Shown: one piece after another, positions 20,599-31,423 of the stretch
How positions within the stretch are numbered: position 1 is the stretch's first letter
Layout: each line of letters starts with the position of its first letter
Assembly (NCBI GenBank): GCA_021513715.1
Contig: CP084167.1
Location: 1,632,001-1,696,000, forward strand
Direction: 5' to 3'
Source: Candidatus Heimdallarchaeum endolithica
GTDB lineage: Archaea > Asgardarchaeota > Heimdallarchaeia > Heimdallarchaeales > Heimdallarchaeaceae
DNA: 64,000 nt
The notes under the pieces: model-generated
Told to the model about the DNA's origin: nothing
The model's input: the letters and a program-made list of their open reading frames with translations, nothing else
Databases searched by the model: none
Translations under genes and position numbers: made by a program

Positions 20599-21291
20599 TT
20601 ATTCAAGGATTATTCTTGCGTCTATAGCCTTTAAACCATCTTTAGTAACCATCACAGGATTCAAATCCATCTCTTTGATTTCTGGATGAATTTCGACAAG
20701 CTTTGAGAGATTTAGAAGTAAAGACTTTAAATCGTTCATTTTCAGAGCAGGCATTCCTCTAAAACCTTCCAACATCTTCCTTCCTTTTATTTCACAATAC
20801 ATTTCTTCTACATCGTTTTCAGATATGGGAATTAACCTAAAAGACACATCTTTGTAAACTTCGACGAAGATTCCACCTATTCCAAAAGCAATCATTTTTC
20901 CAAATTGAGGATCAGTAGTTTGACCTACTAGCACTTCAACTCCTGAAACCATCTCTTCAATCGAAAAACCGTCTATTTTTGCTCCAGGATGATAGGTTGT
21001 TACTGATTCCATCATTTCTTCATAAGCTTTCTTCAATTCAGAATCAGATTTAATACCTACTTTCACGCCTCCAGCTTCTGTTTTATGGATAATATCTTCT
21101 GAAATTACCTTAAGAACAACAGGATAGCCGATTTCGTTAGCTTTTGCTATACACTCATCTAAATTTTTTCCGACTTCAATTTTGTTTAAAGGAACACCAG
21201 CTAGTTCCATAACCTTTCTTGATTCTTCATAGGTTAAGACATTTCGTCCTTGACCCTTAACTTCTTCAAATATTTTATTAATTTCATCCAT
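20599..21291 (-). CDS. acdB: ADP-forming acyl-CoA synthetase beta subunit (ATP-grasp)
   Basis: GYPVVLK, HKTEAGGV, DPQFG, GIGGIFVE, DLNP, DARI. Confidence 0.9.
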   Translation of the reverse strand: MDEINKIFEEVKGQGRNVLTYEESRKVMELAGVPLNKIEVGKNLDECIAKANEIGYPVVLKVISEDIIHKTEAGGVKVGIKSDSELKKAYEEMMESVTTYHPGAKIDGFSIEEMVSGVEVLVGQTTDPQFGKMIAFGIGGIFVEVYKDVSFRLIPISENDVEEMYCEIKGRKMLEGFRGMPALKMNDLKSLLLNLSKLVEIHPEIKEMDLNPVMVTKDGLKAIDARIILE

Positions 21292-22725
21292 TTATTTGCA
21301 CCCCTCATATTTTTTTGTTAAACTATCGACATTTTCTCTTCTGAGGAATTTTCCTCTATCAACCAAAGCTTTCATCGCGATAACTGCTCTCTCGGCAGAT
21401 GGTAAGGTTGGTATACCTTTATAGTTCAACCATTTGAAAGCTTCTAAGTGGTCCATCCCAACAAATGCACAAACTATAGGCTTTTTTGTAGTTGTACTTA
21501 CTTGATAAATTGCATCAGCAACTTTATCAGGAACAGCTCTTGACCCTGGATTAAATAAGGGACAAACACCATCTACTTCTGGAGCATCAACCAAAATTTG
21601 TAATACTTTTCTAAACCTAACGTGATCTGCATCACCAATAATATCAACGGGATTTTGTTTACTCCATGTTAGAGGACAAACTTCATTAATTTTCGCTATT
21701 GTTTCTTCGCTTAATGTTGCTAGTTTTAGTCCTACATCTGCTGCTTTATCTGCAGAAATGACAATTATTCCTCCCGCATTGCTTAAAATAGCAATTTTTT
21801 CGCCATCAGGTGGAAGTTGAGTACTAAACGCTTGAGCAACATCAAATAATTCAAACCATTCTTTCGCTCTATATACTCCTGCTTGTTTAAAAGCAGCTTC
21901 ATAACTAGCATCTTGAGTACTAATTGAACCAGTATGACTAGAAGCAGCTGCTGCACCATAAGAAGTACGACCAGATTTTAAAACTACAATAGGTTGTCTC
22001 CATGTAATTTTTTTTGCTTCTTCAAAGAATTTTCTTCCATCGGGCATGCTTTCCACATAAAGTCCAATACACTTTGTTTTATAATCATCAGCAAAATACT
22101 CCAACAGGTCTGCATCATCTACATCTGCCTTGTTTCCTATACTTATAAAGTGAGAATAACCTATTCCTACTTTATTACTGTGTAATATTGCTGAAATGCA
22201 AAGAGCACCTGATTGACTAATAAAAGCAAGAGTACCTTTTTGTGGTGCTTCATCTGCGAATGTACCATTAAATTGAATATGAGGATTATAAATTCCCAAA
22301 CAATTAGGACCTACAATTCGCATGTTATAACTTTGAGCTATCTTTACTATTTCTTGTTCAGCATCTTTTTTTCCAGTTTCTCCAAAACCTGCTGTAATAA
22401 TAACTGCGGCTTTTACTCCTTTTTTTCCACATTCATGCAAAACTGAAATAACAAATTGGGGAGGAACAACAATAATTGCTTGATCTACCTCATCAGAAAC
22501 ATCTAAAATTGACTTATATGCCTTAAGCCCCATTATTTCTTCTGCTTTAGGATGAACTGGAAAAATTTTACCTTGAAAGCCTTTTGATTTATCAGTTTCA
22601 CCTACCAAATAATGAACAATGTTATCCATTATTCTATTTCCTATTTTATCAGGAGTTGGAGTTGCGCCTATTATAGCTACTGAGTTTGGTTCAAAAAGTG
22701 CTTTTATCCCAAGATCGGTACTCAA
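21292..22725 (-). CDS. acdA: ADP-forming acyl-CoA synthetase alpha subunit
   Basis: VAIIGA, ITAGFGE, GPNCLG, SQSG, SHTGS (phospho-His), NPVD. Confidence 0.9.
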   Translation of the reverse strand: MSTDLGIKALFEPNSVAIIGATPTPDKIGNRIMDNIVHYLVGETDKSKGFQGKIFPVHPKAEEIMGLKAYKSILDVSDEVDQAIIVVPPQFVISVLHECGKKGVKAAVIITAGFGETGKKDAEQEIVKIAQSYNMRIVGPNCLGIYNPHIQFNGTFADEAPQKGTLAFISQSGALCISAILHSNKVGIGYSHFISIGNKADVDDADLLEYFADDYKTKCIGLYVESMPDGRKFFEEAKKITWRQPIVVLKSGRTSYGAAAASSHTGSISTQDASYEAAFKQAGVYRAKEWFELFDVAQAFSTQLPPDGEKIAILSNAGGIIVISADKAADVGLKLATLSEETIAKINEVCPLTWSKQNPVDIIGDADHVRFRKVLQILVDAPEVDGVCPLFNPGSRAVPDKVADAIYQVSTTTKKPIVCAFVGMDHLEAFKWLNYKGIPTLPSAERAVIAMKALVDRGKFLRRENVDSLTKKYEGCK

Positions 22726-22885
22726 ATTTATCGACTCCAGTGTTTAGTTGAACAAAATTAAACTCATTTAAAACATTAATGTTAAGTAATTGTAATAACA
22801 AAAGAGAGTAGAATTTCTAAAAAATTGTACATTTAAGATAGATATCACACTACTATTTAAATAAAAGAAATAGTATAAACAAATA

Positions 22886-24568
22886 ATGAAAAAAAAACTT
22901 TTCTGGCTTCAGAGAACTTTTTTAACTTTCGCTGTTACTATTATTTTCACTCTTTCACTAAATACATCACAATTCACACCCGGTGTTTTTGCTATTGAAA
23001 ATGATATAAATTATTTTGAAATAAGTAGCCAACAACCAATATCCATTGAAAACGATGAAGATTTTAAAAAATATGACTTTAGTGGGAATGGATCAAGTTC
23101 TAATCCTTATTTAATCAAGAATCTGGTGATAATAGGAAAAACAATTGCAATTTCAGTGAAGAATACTACAAAGTATTTTGCTATAGTCGATTGTAGGATC
23201 AGATTCTGCGACATTGGCATTTATATCTTTAATGCATCAAAAGGAACTGCAGTTATATTAAATAATTCTCTTTCATATATCCAAGATCAAAATGCTTTGG
23301 GCTCAGTAGGTCAAGCAATTTTTGTTTCTGAATCAGAAGGAATAAAAATAGAAAATAACGAAATTATTGATTCTGATATAGCGATTTTTCTTTCACAATC
23401 ACCTTATTCACAAATAGTCAATAACATTATTAAAGAAAAATATGGAATAACAGTTATTTCTTCCATACAAACTTTAATCGAGAATAATTCACTTACAAAC
23501 TGTGGATTAAACATATATGGTAAAACAGAAATCGAAGAATATAATGCTTATATTATAAAAAATAACTTCATAAATGATAAAAAACTTGGATATTTTGTAG
23601 ATCTCACCGATAAGGTTATTGACAAGGGCATTTATGGTCAAATACTTTTAATTAATTGCACAAACTTTGCAATTGAAAATCAAGTTTTAACCGATACAAC
23701 GACAGGAATAACAATGTATTTCTGTAAAAATATTGAAATAACAAATTGTTACTCATATTCAAATATTTTTGAAGGTGTAGCTGCTTATGGTTCATCAGAT
23801 ATTTACATTCATAATTCAATATTAGAAGAAAATGGATTTGGTTTTACAGGTTGTGGGATTAGGTTAAGAGAAACAGAAGACAGTTTAATAGAGGATAATG
23901 TTATGAGATATAATAAAGGAGATGGGGGAATATTAGCATCACTTACTAATAATATAAGCATAAAAAATAATGTTTTATCTTTTAACAAAGGAGAAGGTAT
24001 TGCGCTAAAAACATGCAATAACACAAAGATTCAAGGTAATATTTGTTTTGGAAATGGAATTGATGGTTTATCCCTTCTTGCAACAAACAACTCTTTAATT
24101 GAAAAAAATTACTTTGTTGAAAATGCAGAAACTGGGGTTTTTCTTTTTGATTCATGTTACAATTCAATAATAAACAATACTATTATGAATAACTATAATT
24201 ATGGTATAATGCTAATGGATGCTATTGCCGACAATAAAGTGAGGTGTAGGGATAATATCATCTATCTTAATTTCTTTATTAATAATAATGTTAATGGGAC
24301 ATCACAAGCATTTGATAACGGATATAATAATAAATGGTACAATGAAACTATAAAAAAAGGTAATTATTGGTCTGATAACACCAAAAGAAAATATGAAATA
24401 AGTGGGGCAGCAAAATCTTATGACAAATTCCCAATAAAGACAAATTTGGAGAGAGTCTCTTTTAGTAATTTTATATATCTCTCTATAATAATCTGTGTTG
24501 TTGCAAAAATAAAAAAAAATAAAGAATTAAAGAAGTTTCATAGAATATTCTTTCATTGGTTCAAATAA
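22886..24568 (+). CDS. Secreted/surface right-handed beta-helix (NosD/CASH-like) protein with C-terminal TM anchor
   Basis: Signal peptide, PbH1-like I.NN repeats, GNYWSD...DKFP, hydrophobic tail plus basic residues; overlaps the hutU 3' end by 42 bp. Confidence 0.85.
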   Translation: MKKKLFWLQRTFLTFAVTIIFTLSLNTSQFTPGVFAIENDINYFEISSQQPISIENDEDFKKYDFSGNGSSSNPYLIKNLVIIGKTIAISVKNTTKYFAIVDCRIRFCDIGIYIFNASKGTAVILNNSLSYIQDQNALGSVGQAIFVSESEGIKIENNEIIDSDIAIFLSQSPYSQIVNNIIKEKYGITVISSIQTLIENNSLTNCGLNIYGKTEIEEYNAYIIKNNFINDKKLGYFVDLTDKVIDKGIYGQILLINCTNFAIENQVLTDTTTGITMYFCKNIEITNCYSYSNIFEGVAAYGSSDIYIHNSILEENGFGFTGCGIRLRETEDSLIEDNVMRYNKGDGGILASLTNNISIKNNVLSFNKGEGIALKTCNNTKIQGNICFGNGIDGLSLLATNNSLIEKNYFVENAETGVFLFDSCYNSIINNTIMNNYNYGIMLMDAIADNKVRCRDNIIYLNFFINNNVNGTSQAFDNGYNNKWYNETIKKGNYWSDNTKRKYEISGAAKSYDKFPIKTNLERVSFSNFIYLSIIICVVAKIKKNKELKKFHRIFFHWFK

Positions 24569-26416
24569 TTTTACACCTGTTCTTTCTTCTACCAAAGAAA
24601 TGATTTTGTTGTATAATTTTTCATAATCAAATTCTTTGATATCATTTTTTCCAGGCAATACTATTCCTTCTTTTTCTGCAATTTTTAGTGCTTCTTCATA
24701 TCCTGCAGCAGAGTGTCGAAGAATTGCGCTTAATGGATCCCAAGTTAATACTCTAAATAGTTTTTCTTGGGCTAATCTTGTTCCATCTGCTACTATTACT
24801 TGTCCTGCATGTAAACTATATCCTACTCCTACTCCTCCACCACCATGGTAACTTACCCATGTTGCGCCTGTGAGTGCATTCCCTAATAGGTTTAAAACAG
24901 GATAATCTCCAATTGCATCACTACCATCTTTCATTCCTTCTGTTTCTCTATTTGGAGAAGCAACAGAACCTCCATCTAAATGGTCTCTACCTATAATAAC
25001 TGGTGCTTTGAGTTTCCTTTCAGCTACAAGTTTATTCATTAACATACCAAAGGCAGCTCTACCTATGAAACCAGCCCAAAAAACTCTAGCTGGAAGTCCT
25101 TTCTCAAATGGAATATATTTAGAAGCGAGATTTATCCAATTAACAAGTTGGTGATCATCATAGAATAGTTTTTTGGCGTATTCATCAGTTATTCGGATAT
25201 CTTCTGGGTCATTGCTTAGAGCTGCCCATCTGAAAGGACCTTTACCTACACAGAATAAGGGGCGAACATATGCAACAACAAATCCCGGAAAATCAAATGC
25301 ATCTTCTACTCCAAGCTCATAGGCTTGTTGTCTAATGTTATTCCCATAATCAAAAGTTTCAGCTCCTCGTTTATGCAACTCAATCATAAGTTTTACATGC
25401 CTCTGGACTGTCTCTTTAGATCTTCTCAAATACTCTTCAGGGTCAGTTTTTCTTAATTGATCTGCTTCTTCACAAGTCATATTTTGAGGATAATAGCCAT
25501 TCAATAAATCATGGGCAGAGGTTTGATCTGTTAGAACATGAGGAGTAATATTATTGTCAACCAGATATTGAAGAAGATCAACAGCATTACAACAAACACC
25601 TATTGACACAGCTTCATTTCGTTCTGCGTACTCTTTTGCAATATTTACAGCTTTTTCTATATTATTTGTCTTTATATCAAGATAAGGAGCTCCTTGCTCT
25701 CTTCCCTCATTATACATCCTGTCTACTAATTTAGGATTAATTTCAGCTATAATTGAAACTCTATCGCACATTTTTGCAGCTAAAGGTTGAGCTCCAGACA
25801 TTAACCCAAGACCAGAGGAAATAAACAGTTGTTTTTCAAAATTAGAAAGCTTTTCATAAGCTTCACTACTTTGAGCAGATTTAATTGCTGCAGCAATAGT
25901 TTCATAAGTTCCTTGAATTATACCTTGTAAACCTATAAAAATAAAAGAACCTGCAGTCATTTGTCCGTATACTGTAAGTCCAGCGTCAACCATTTCTTGG
26001 AAATAAGGTGTCCAGTGAGGAACTATAACACTATTAGTTATTACAACCCTTGGAGCCCAACGTGTCGTTTGCATTTTACCATAAGAAACTCCAGATTGTA
26101 AAAATAGTGTTTCATTAGGTTCTAGAGTTTTCAACAAGTCAATTGTTTCAAAAAAGGATTTCCAATCCCTTGCTACTTTTCCTGAACCTCCATAAATATA
26201 AAGAGTTTTCCAATCTCTTCCATTGTGAAGATTAGAAAGCATAGCTCGAATAACAGCCTCTGTTTCCCAACCAGCTTTTGTATGAGGTTTAAGAGCTTCT
26301 TCTCCCTTAGGTAAGGGGGGTATGTCTTTAGGCATATGATCCATTCTTAATTTTTGCTCTTCAGAGAGCTTTTCTTCTCCCGCAATTATTTTTTCTAAAC
26401 GGTTTCTATAACCCAT
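24527..26416 (-). CDS. hutU: Urocanate hydratase
   Basis: YGQMTAGS, QGIIQGTYET, GLGLMSGAQP, DQTSAHD, GRDHLD, HGGGGVG. Confidence 0.95.
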   Translation of the reverse strand: MGYRNRLEKIIAGEEKLSEEQKLRMDHMPKDIPPLPKGEEALKPHTKAGWETEAVIRAMLSNLHNGRDWKTLYIYGGSGKVARDWKSFFETIDLLKTLEPNETLFLQSGVSYGKMQTTRWAPRVVITNSVIVPHWTPYFQEMVDAGLTVYGQMTAGSFIFIGLQGIIQGTYETIAAAIKSAQSSEAYEKLSNFEKQLFISSGLGLMSGAQPLAAKMCDRVSIIAEINPKLVDRMYNEGREQGAPYLDIKTNNIEKAVNIAKEYAERNEAVSIGVCCNAVDLLQYLVDNNITPHVLTDQTSAHDLLNGYYPQNMTCEEADQLRKTDPEEYLRRSKETVQRHVKLMIELHKRGAETFDYGNNIRQQAYELGVEDAFDFPGFVVAYVRPLFCVGKGPFRWAALSNDPEDIRITDEYAKKLFYDDHQLVNWINLASKYIPFEKGLPARVFWAGFIGRAAFGMLMNKLVAERKLKAPVIIGRDHLDGGSVASPNRETEGMKDGSDAIGDYPVLNLLGNALTGATWVSYHGGGGVGVGYSLHAGQVIVADGTRLAQEKLFRVLTWDPLSAILRHSAAGYEEALKIAEKEGIVLPGKNDIKEFDYEKLYNKIISLVEERTGVKLFEPMKEYSMKLL

Positions 26417-26514
26417 ATTGATGCCTTCTCTTTTTTATGTAAACATTTTCATCTATTAAAAAAAACTTTCCTTTTGTATTTTTGGTTTTAAATAGTATTA
26501 TCTCAAATAGTTAA

Positions 26515-27282
26515 ATGATAGATGTGACGAAGTCTAGTGAAAAGAGTAAGCTGGAATTTAGTGATCTATTCTTTACAACCTTAGAACAGAGAATATCAGA
26601 TTTATCTAGTTTTGACTCATCACAAAAAAAAAGGAGTGAAAGAATTATTAGAGAACTTTCTCTTTTTTTAACTCAATTTTTTCCTTCAGAGATAGTTCAA
26701 AAAACAGCTTTAGAGCTTAGTTTAAAATTAGAAAAATTTTTTGAGCATGAAGTTGAACTACAAAGATTAACGAGAGTTAGAGTTACCCAATATTTTCTAA
26801 TATTATTAGACACAAATCTATCCCATTTAGGAGAAAAAATTACCCCAATACATCTTGAACTGCTAAAAAAACAAAAAATAGTGCCCGCAAAAAGCAAAAT
26901 ATGTAGCTATCTGGAAATAAAGAAAAAACAAAAAGAATTAGAAAGAAAAAAATTAATTCAAAAATCTAGTAAAGTAAAATTCAGTGAATTAATTAGAAAA
27001 CGTGTAAATAGTATTTTACAAGAATGTGAAATAGATAAAGTTTTTAGGAGAAGAGTAACGGATAAAATCAGAGAAAGAACTAATATTCTTCTAAATAAAG
27101 GAATAAAACCGCATATTGATGTTAATCAAGCAGCAATTGTTTTTATTTTATCAATATCTAGAGATCTTAAAGTGGATAGAAGAATTTCAAAAAGAATAAT
27201 GGAGAAATACTGTGATAAGTATAATTTAGATAAAAAAAAGATTAGAAGACAATATTATCAATTTAATAGAAGAATTTTATAA
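26515..27282 (+). CDS. Basic helical hypothetical protein
   Basis: 255-aa K/R-rich ORF divergent from hutU. Confidence 0.65.
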   Translation: MIDVTKSSEKSKLEFSDLFFTTLEQRISDLSSFDSSQKKRSERIIRELSLFLTQFFPSEIVQKTALELSLKLEKFFEHEVELQRLTRVRVTQYFLILLDTNLSHLGEKITPIHLELLKKQKIVPAKSKICSYLEIKKKQKELERKKLIQKSSKVKFSELIRKRVNSILQECEIDKVFRRRVTDKIRERTNILLNKGIKPHIDVNQAAIVFILSISRDLKVDRRISKRIMEKYCDKYNLDKKKIRRQYYQFNRRIL

Positions 27283-27374
27283 GAATGATTTTTCTATTAA
27301 CAAAATTTTTAGTTATGAAAAGTACGATAACTTTCTATCAAAAATTTATTATAATTTTTATTGAACTGTAAATT

Positions 27375-28529
27375 ATGAATTCAAAAAAGAACGAACCACC
27401 TGAAGAAAAAGATATAGTTGTCAAACAGACTCTTACAAGTGGTCCTTTATTTAGTGAATTACTTGAAAGGTATAATAAAGAGAATATAACAATTGGTGTT
27501 ATAGGTTCTCATTCTGCTTTAGATGTTTTAGATGGAGCAAAAAGAGAAGGATTTAGAACCTTAGTTGTCTGTGAAAAAGGGAGAGAAGAGCCATATATTA
27601 GATTTAAAAGAATAATAGATGAAATTATTACTCTCGATCACTTTTCTGATATTTTTAATATTCAAGATGATTTAATTAATAAAAATACAATATTTATTCC
27701 TAATAGAAGTTTTACTGTTTATTGTGGGGCAAATAGAATAGAAAGAGGATTTAGAGTACCAATTTTTGGAAGCAGAAATTTATTAGGAGTGGAAGAAAGA
27801 GTAGGTCCACACAACTATTACCAGATTTTAGATCAAGCAACGATAAAATATCCACGAGTTTATAATTCTCCTGATGAGATTGATGGTCCTGTTATTGTAA
27901 AAATGCCTCATGCAAAACAAAGAGTTGAAAGAGGATTCTTTATTGCTAAAAATAAAGAAGATTTCGAAAAAGAGTTTGAAAAAAGGGTCATTGAGGGAAT
28001 TATAAAAATAGACGATTTAAAAGAAGCGTCCATAGAAGAGTTTGTTTCTGGTGTGCCATTCAACTTCAACTTTTTCTATTCACCACTATTTGATAGAGTA
28101 GAATTAATGGGTATTGACAGGAGATTTGTAACAGACTTAGATGGAATTGTTAGAATACCAGCAGAACAACAACTTAAGTTAGGATTAAAAGAAGAGATGA
28201 AAGAGATAGGTAATTTTGCTGTTACTCTCAGAGAATCAATGCTTAGATATGTTTTTCCTATGGGAGATTATTTTGTTGAAGCGACAAAGAAGCTCTATCC
28301 ACCAGGTATAATAGGTCCCTTTGCTCTACAAACAATGGTAACAAAGGATTATGAATTCAAAGTTTTTGATGTAAGTATGAGAATGGGAGGAGGAACAAAT
28401 TCATTCATGGGAATTGGTAGTAATTACTCCTCAATATACTGGGGAGAACCAGTTTCAGCTGGAAGAAGAGTTGCAATGGAAATTAAATTTGCAGTAAAAC
28501 AACAAAGATTAGCTTACATAGTTACTTAA
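27375..28529 (+). CDS. purP: PurP-family AICAR formyltransferase (formate-dependent), paralogue 1
   Basis: GSHSALD, PNRSF, ERGFF, LRES, GPFALQ, R.GGGTN. Confidence 0.9.
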   Translation: MNSKKNEPPEEKDIVVKQTLTSGPLFSELLERYNKENITIGVIGSHSALDVLDGAKREGFRTLVVCEKGREEPYIRFKRIIDEIITLDHFSDIFNIQDDLINKNTIFIPNRSFTVYCGANRIERGFRVPIFGSRNLLGVEERVGPHNYYQILDQATIKYPRVYNSPDEIDGPVIVKMPHAKQRVERGFFIAKNKEDFEKEFEKRVIEGIIKIDDLKEASIEEFVSGVPFNFNFFYSPLFDRVELMGIDRRFVTDLDGIVRIPAEQQLKLGLKEEMKEIGNFAVTLRESMLRYVFPMGDYFVEATKKLYPPGIIGPFALQTMVTKDYEFKVFDVSMRMGGGTNSFMGIGSNYSSIYWGEPVSAGRRVAMEIKFAVKQQRLAYIVT

Positions 28530-28658
28530 TTGCATAAAAATGCAAGGACTGCTTTTTGCCATCAAATGGAAAAAGATGAATTGAATGCTCAACCCTTTTC
28601 CCACATTTTTATTTTTCATTCGACCCTGAGAGATATTTTTGTTTGCAAAATGTTGTAA
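28530..28658. promoter_or_regulatory. Cluster of TTGCA-N6-TGCAA sites upstream of purP2-guaA
   Basis: Perfect copy at 28530-28545; 2-mismatch copy at 28556-28571 (TTGCC..TGGAA); 1-mismatch copy at 28643-28658 (TTGCA..TGTAA). Confidence 0.55.
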
Positions 28659-28789
28659 AGGTTTTTTTATGGAGAATCTTTGAAAAAGGCAATAACCAAA
28701 GCGAAAATAAAAAGAATGAGTGAAATATAGATAGAAAAATATCTAAAGAAATATATACCATTCATTTTCGGTTGGTTTGAGGACAGATT

Positions 28790-29785
28790 ATGATAATTAG
28801 TACAGTTGGAAGCCATTCTGCTCTCCAAATTCTATATGGAGCAAAAAAAGAGTCATTTTCAACAAAGGTTTACTGCTTAAAAGGTAACGAGAAACTCTAT
28901 AGAAGATACCCTGTTGCAGATCAAATAGTTACAGTAGATAGTTATATTGACCTTTTGGATATAAAATACGAAAATGAAGAAATTTTTGTTCCTCATGGTT
29001 CTATTATTTCCACTTTAGAAAAAAGAGCACTTGACATTCCTATTCCAATGATAGGAAACAGAGAAGGAATGTATTGGGAGATGGTAAGAGAAAAAAATTT
29101 AGAATTACTGAAGAAAGCAAATATTAGAACGCCCTATACATATAAACCAGAAGAAATAGACAAATTATGTATCGTCAAGTTTCCAGGAGCAAAGGGAGGA
29201 GATGGTTACTTTTTATGCTCAAGCTATCAAGAATTTGAAGAAAAAATTGGTGAATTAATTAAAGAAAAAAAAGTCTCAGAGGAAGAAGCCTCGAATGCTC
29301 AAATACAAGAATACATCGTGGGCGTAACAATGTATCCTCACTATTTTTACTCTCCAATCTACGATAGAGTTGAGTTATTAGGAATTGATCGTAGATATGA
29401 AACCAATGTTGATGCATTGGGAAGACTCTCCCAATCACACTCTAAAATTTCTCCAACTTATACAGTTGTTGGGAATCAACCATTAATAGCAAGAGAATCA
29501 TTTTTACATAAACTATTAGATTATGGAGATTTACTCCGAGAAGTATCAGTAGACTCTTTTCATCCAGGTTTAATTGGCCCCTACTGCATAGAGATGGCTT
29601 TAACTGATAAGGAAATTGTCGCTTTTGAATTTACCAGCAGAATTGTTGCTGGAACAAGCTTATACATTTCAGGTTCTTTATACTCAAAGATATTATTTGA
29701 TGAAGAAATGAGCATGGGGAGAAGAATTGCAAGAGAAATTAAACTCGCTAAGGAACAAAACAGATTAGATGATATTATTTCTTAA
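28790..29785 (+). CDS. purP: PurP-family protein, paralogue 2
   Basis: [36 protein letters not shown]. Confidence 0.9.
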   Translation: MIISTVGSHSALQILYGAKKESFSTKVYCLKGNEKLYRRYPVADQIVTVDSYIDLLDIKYENEEIFVPHGSIISTLEKRALDIPIPMIGNREGMYWEMVREKNLELLKKANIRTPYTYKPEEIDKLCIVKFPGAKGGDGYFLCSSYQEFEEKIGELIKEKKVSEEEASNAQIQEYIVGVTMYPHYFYSPIYDRVELLGIDRRYETNVDALGRLSQSHSKISPTYTVVGNQPLIARESFLHKLLDYGDLLREVSVDSFHPGLIGPYCIEMALTDKEIVAFEFTSRIVAGTSLYISGSLYSKILFDEEMSMGRRIAREIKLAKEQNRLDDIIS

Positions 29786-29800
29786 AAAGAGCTGAAAAAA

Positions 29801-31309
29801 ATGGATAAAATTGGTATATTTGATTTTGGTGGGCAGTATTGTCACTTAATAGCTAGAAGAATAAGAGAATTAGGTGTTTATTCCGAAATAATCTATAAAC
29901 CTAGTGAAGAATATGTAGCTTATATTTTGTCTGGGGGGCCTGGAACACTAACTGATTCAGAATCTCCTAAATTGCCTGAAAATTTCTTTGAAAAAATCAA
30001 TGTTCCTATTTTAGGAATATGTTATGGACACCAAATGATAGCTCAATCTTTTGGGGGAGAAGTAGGAAGAGGAAAAGAACGTGAATATGGAAAGAAAATC
30101 GCAACAATAAAAACAGATTCTCCACTATTTAAGGGTTTAACAAATAATGAACAAGTTTGGATGAGTCATTTTGACGAAATAAAAAAAATACCAAAAGGTT
30201 TTGAAGTAATTGCTCAAACTGACATATGCAAAATTGCTGCTTTTCAAAACTTGGAAAGAAAAATATTTGGTATCCAATTCCATCCTGAAGTTAAACATAC
30301 AATTAACGGATTAAAAATCCTTGACAATTTTCTTGATATTGTAGGTTGTAGAAGAACCTACAACTTAGAAGATTGGGTAAACAAAAAGATTACAGAACTT
30401 AAGAGAGAAATAGGTGACAATAAAGTAATAATGGCTTGTTCTGGCGGAGTAGATAGCACAGTAGCTGCGGTATTGTTAGCAAAAGCTGGAATCAATGCAC
30501 ATTTTATTTACGTAGATACAGGATTAATGAGATTAAATGAAACAGAAGAAGTAAAAGGAATTTTTTCAGAACTAAATATTCCTAATCTTCATGTAATCAA
30601 TGCAGAAGAACGTTTTTTAACAACGTTATCAGGAATTTCTGTTCCTGAGAAAAAGAGAAAAATAATTGGTCATTTATTCATCGAAATATTTGAAGAAGAA
30701 GCTAAAAAATTGGGAGAATTTGATTATTTAGGACAAGGGACTATTTATCCTGATAGAATTGAAAGTGCTCAGCCTAGTAAACATGCCACTGTAATAAAAT
30801 CCCATCATAATGTTGGAGGTCTTCCAGAAAAAATGAATTTAAAATTATGTGAACCCTTAGCAGATTTATATAAAGATGAGGTAAGAAAAGTAGGTAAAAT
30901 GTTAGGTTTGCCAGAAAAATTCACTGGAAGACATCCTTTTCCAGGTCCTGCCTTAGCAATACGTATACTAGGTGAAATCGACAAAGAGAAGATAGAGATT
31001 CTAAAAAAAGCAGATGCAATAGTTACAAACATCATTAGAAATCACGGTCTGTATGAACAATTGTGGCAAGTTTTTCCTGCCTTAATTCCTGTTAAAAGTG
31101 TAGGAGTTATGGGAGATGAGAGGACTTATGAATGGATGATTGCCATTCGAGCTGTTGAATCAATTGATGCGATGACTGCAGATTGGGCAAAATTACCTTA
31201 CGACGTTCTCGAAGAGATTTCCAATCAAATCATCAACAAAGTTAAAGGAGTAAATAGAGTCTTATTTGACATTACAAGTAAACCTCCCGGAACAATTGAA
31301 TATGAATAG
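29801..31309 (+). CDS. guaA: GMP synthase, single-chain glutaminase plus ATPPase
   Basis: DFGGQY, GICYGHQ, QFHPEV, SGGVDS, IKSHHNVGGLP, KPPGTIEYE. Confidence 0.95.
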   Translation: MDKIGIFDFGGQYCHLIARRIRELGVYSEIIYKPSEEYVAYILSGGPGTLTDSESPKLPENFFEKINVPILGICYGHQMIAQSFGGEVGRGKEREYGKKIATIKTDSPLFKGLTNNEQVWMSHFDEIKKIPKGFEVIAQTDICKIAAFQNLERKIFGIQFHPEVKHTINGLKILDNFLDIVGCRRTYNLEDWVNKKITELKREIGDNKVIMACSGGVDSTVAAVLLAKAGINAHFIYVDTGLMRLNETEEVKGIFSELNIPNLHVINAEERFLTTLSGISVPEKKRKIIGHLFIEIFEEEAKKLGEFDYLGQGTIYPDRIESAQPSKHATVIKSHHNVGGLPEKMNLKLCEPLADLYKDEVRKVGKMLGLPEKFTGRHPFPGPALAIRILGEIDKEKIEILKKADAIVTNIIRNHGLYEQLWQVFPALIPVKSVGVMGDERTYEWMIAIRAVESIDAMTADWAKLPYDVLEEISNQIINKVKGVNRVLFDITSKPPGTIEYE

Positions 31310-31423
31310 TATTTGAACCAATAGAGTAGAGTAAAAAAACAATCAGTTTTTCCTACTTAGAATTTGTTTTCAGCCCTATGTTTTTTGCAAAATCTATTTA
31401 AGCAGTCAGTTCACTTTAATTTT

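Noticed and set aside
28667-28765. 32-codon hydrophobic ORF on the minus strand (MNGIYFFRYF...)
   Set aside because: Expected by chance in T-rich DNA; no supporting signals
31364-31423. Longer TTG start for the flavoprotein
   Set aside because: The FAD motif begins at ATG 31424, and the extension covers the TATA-like box
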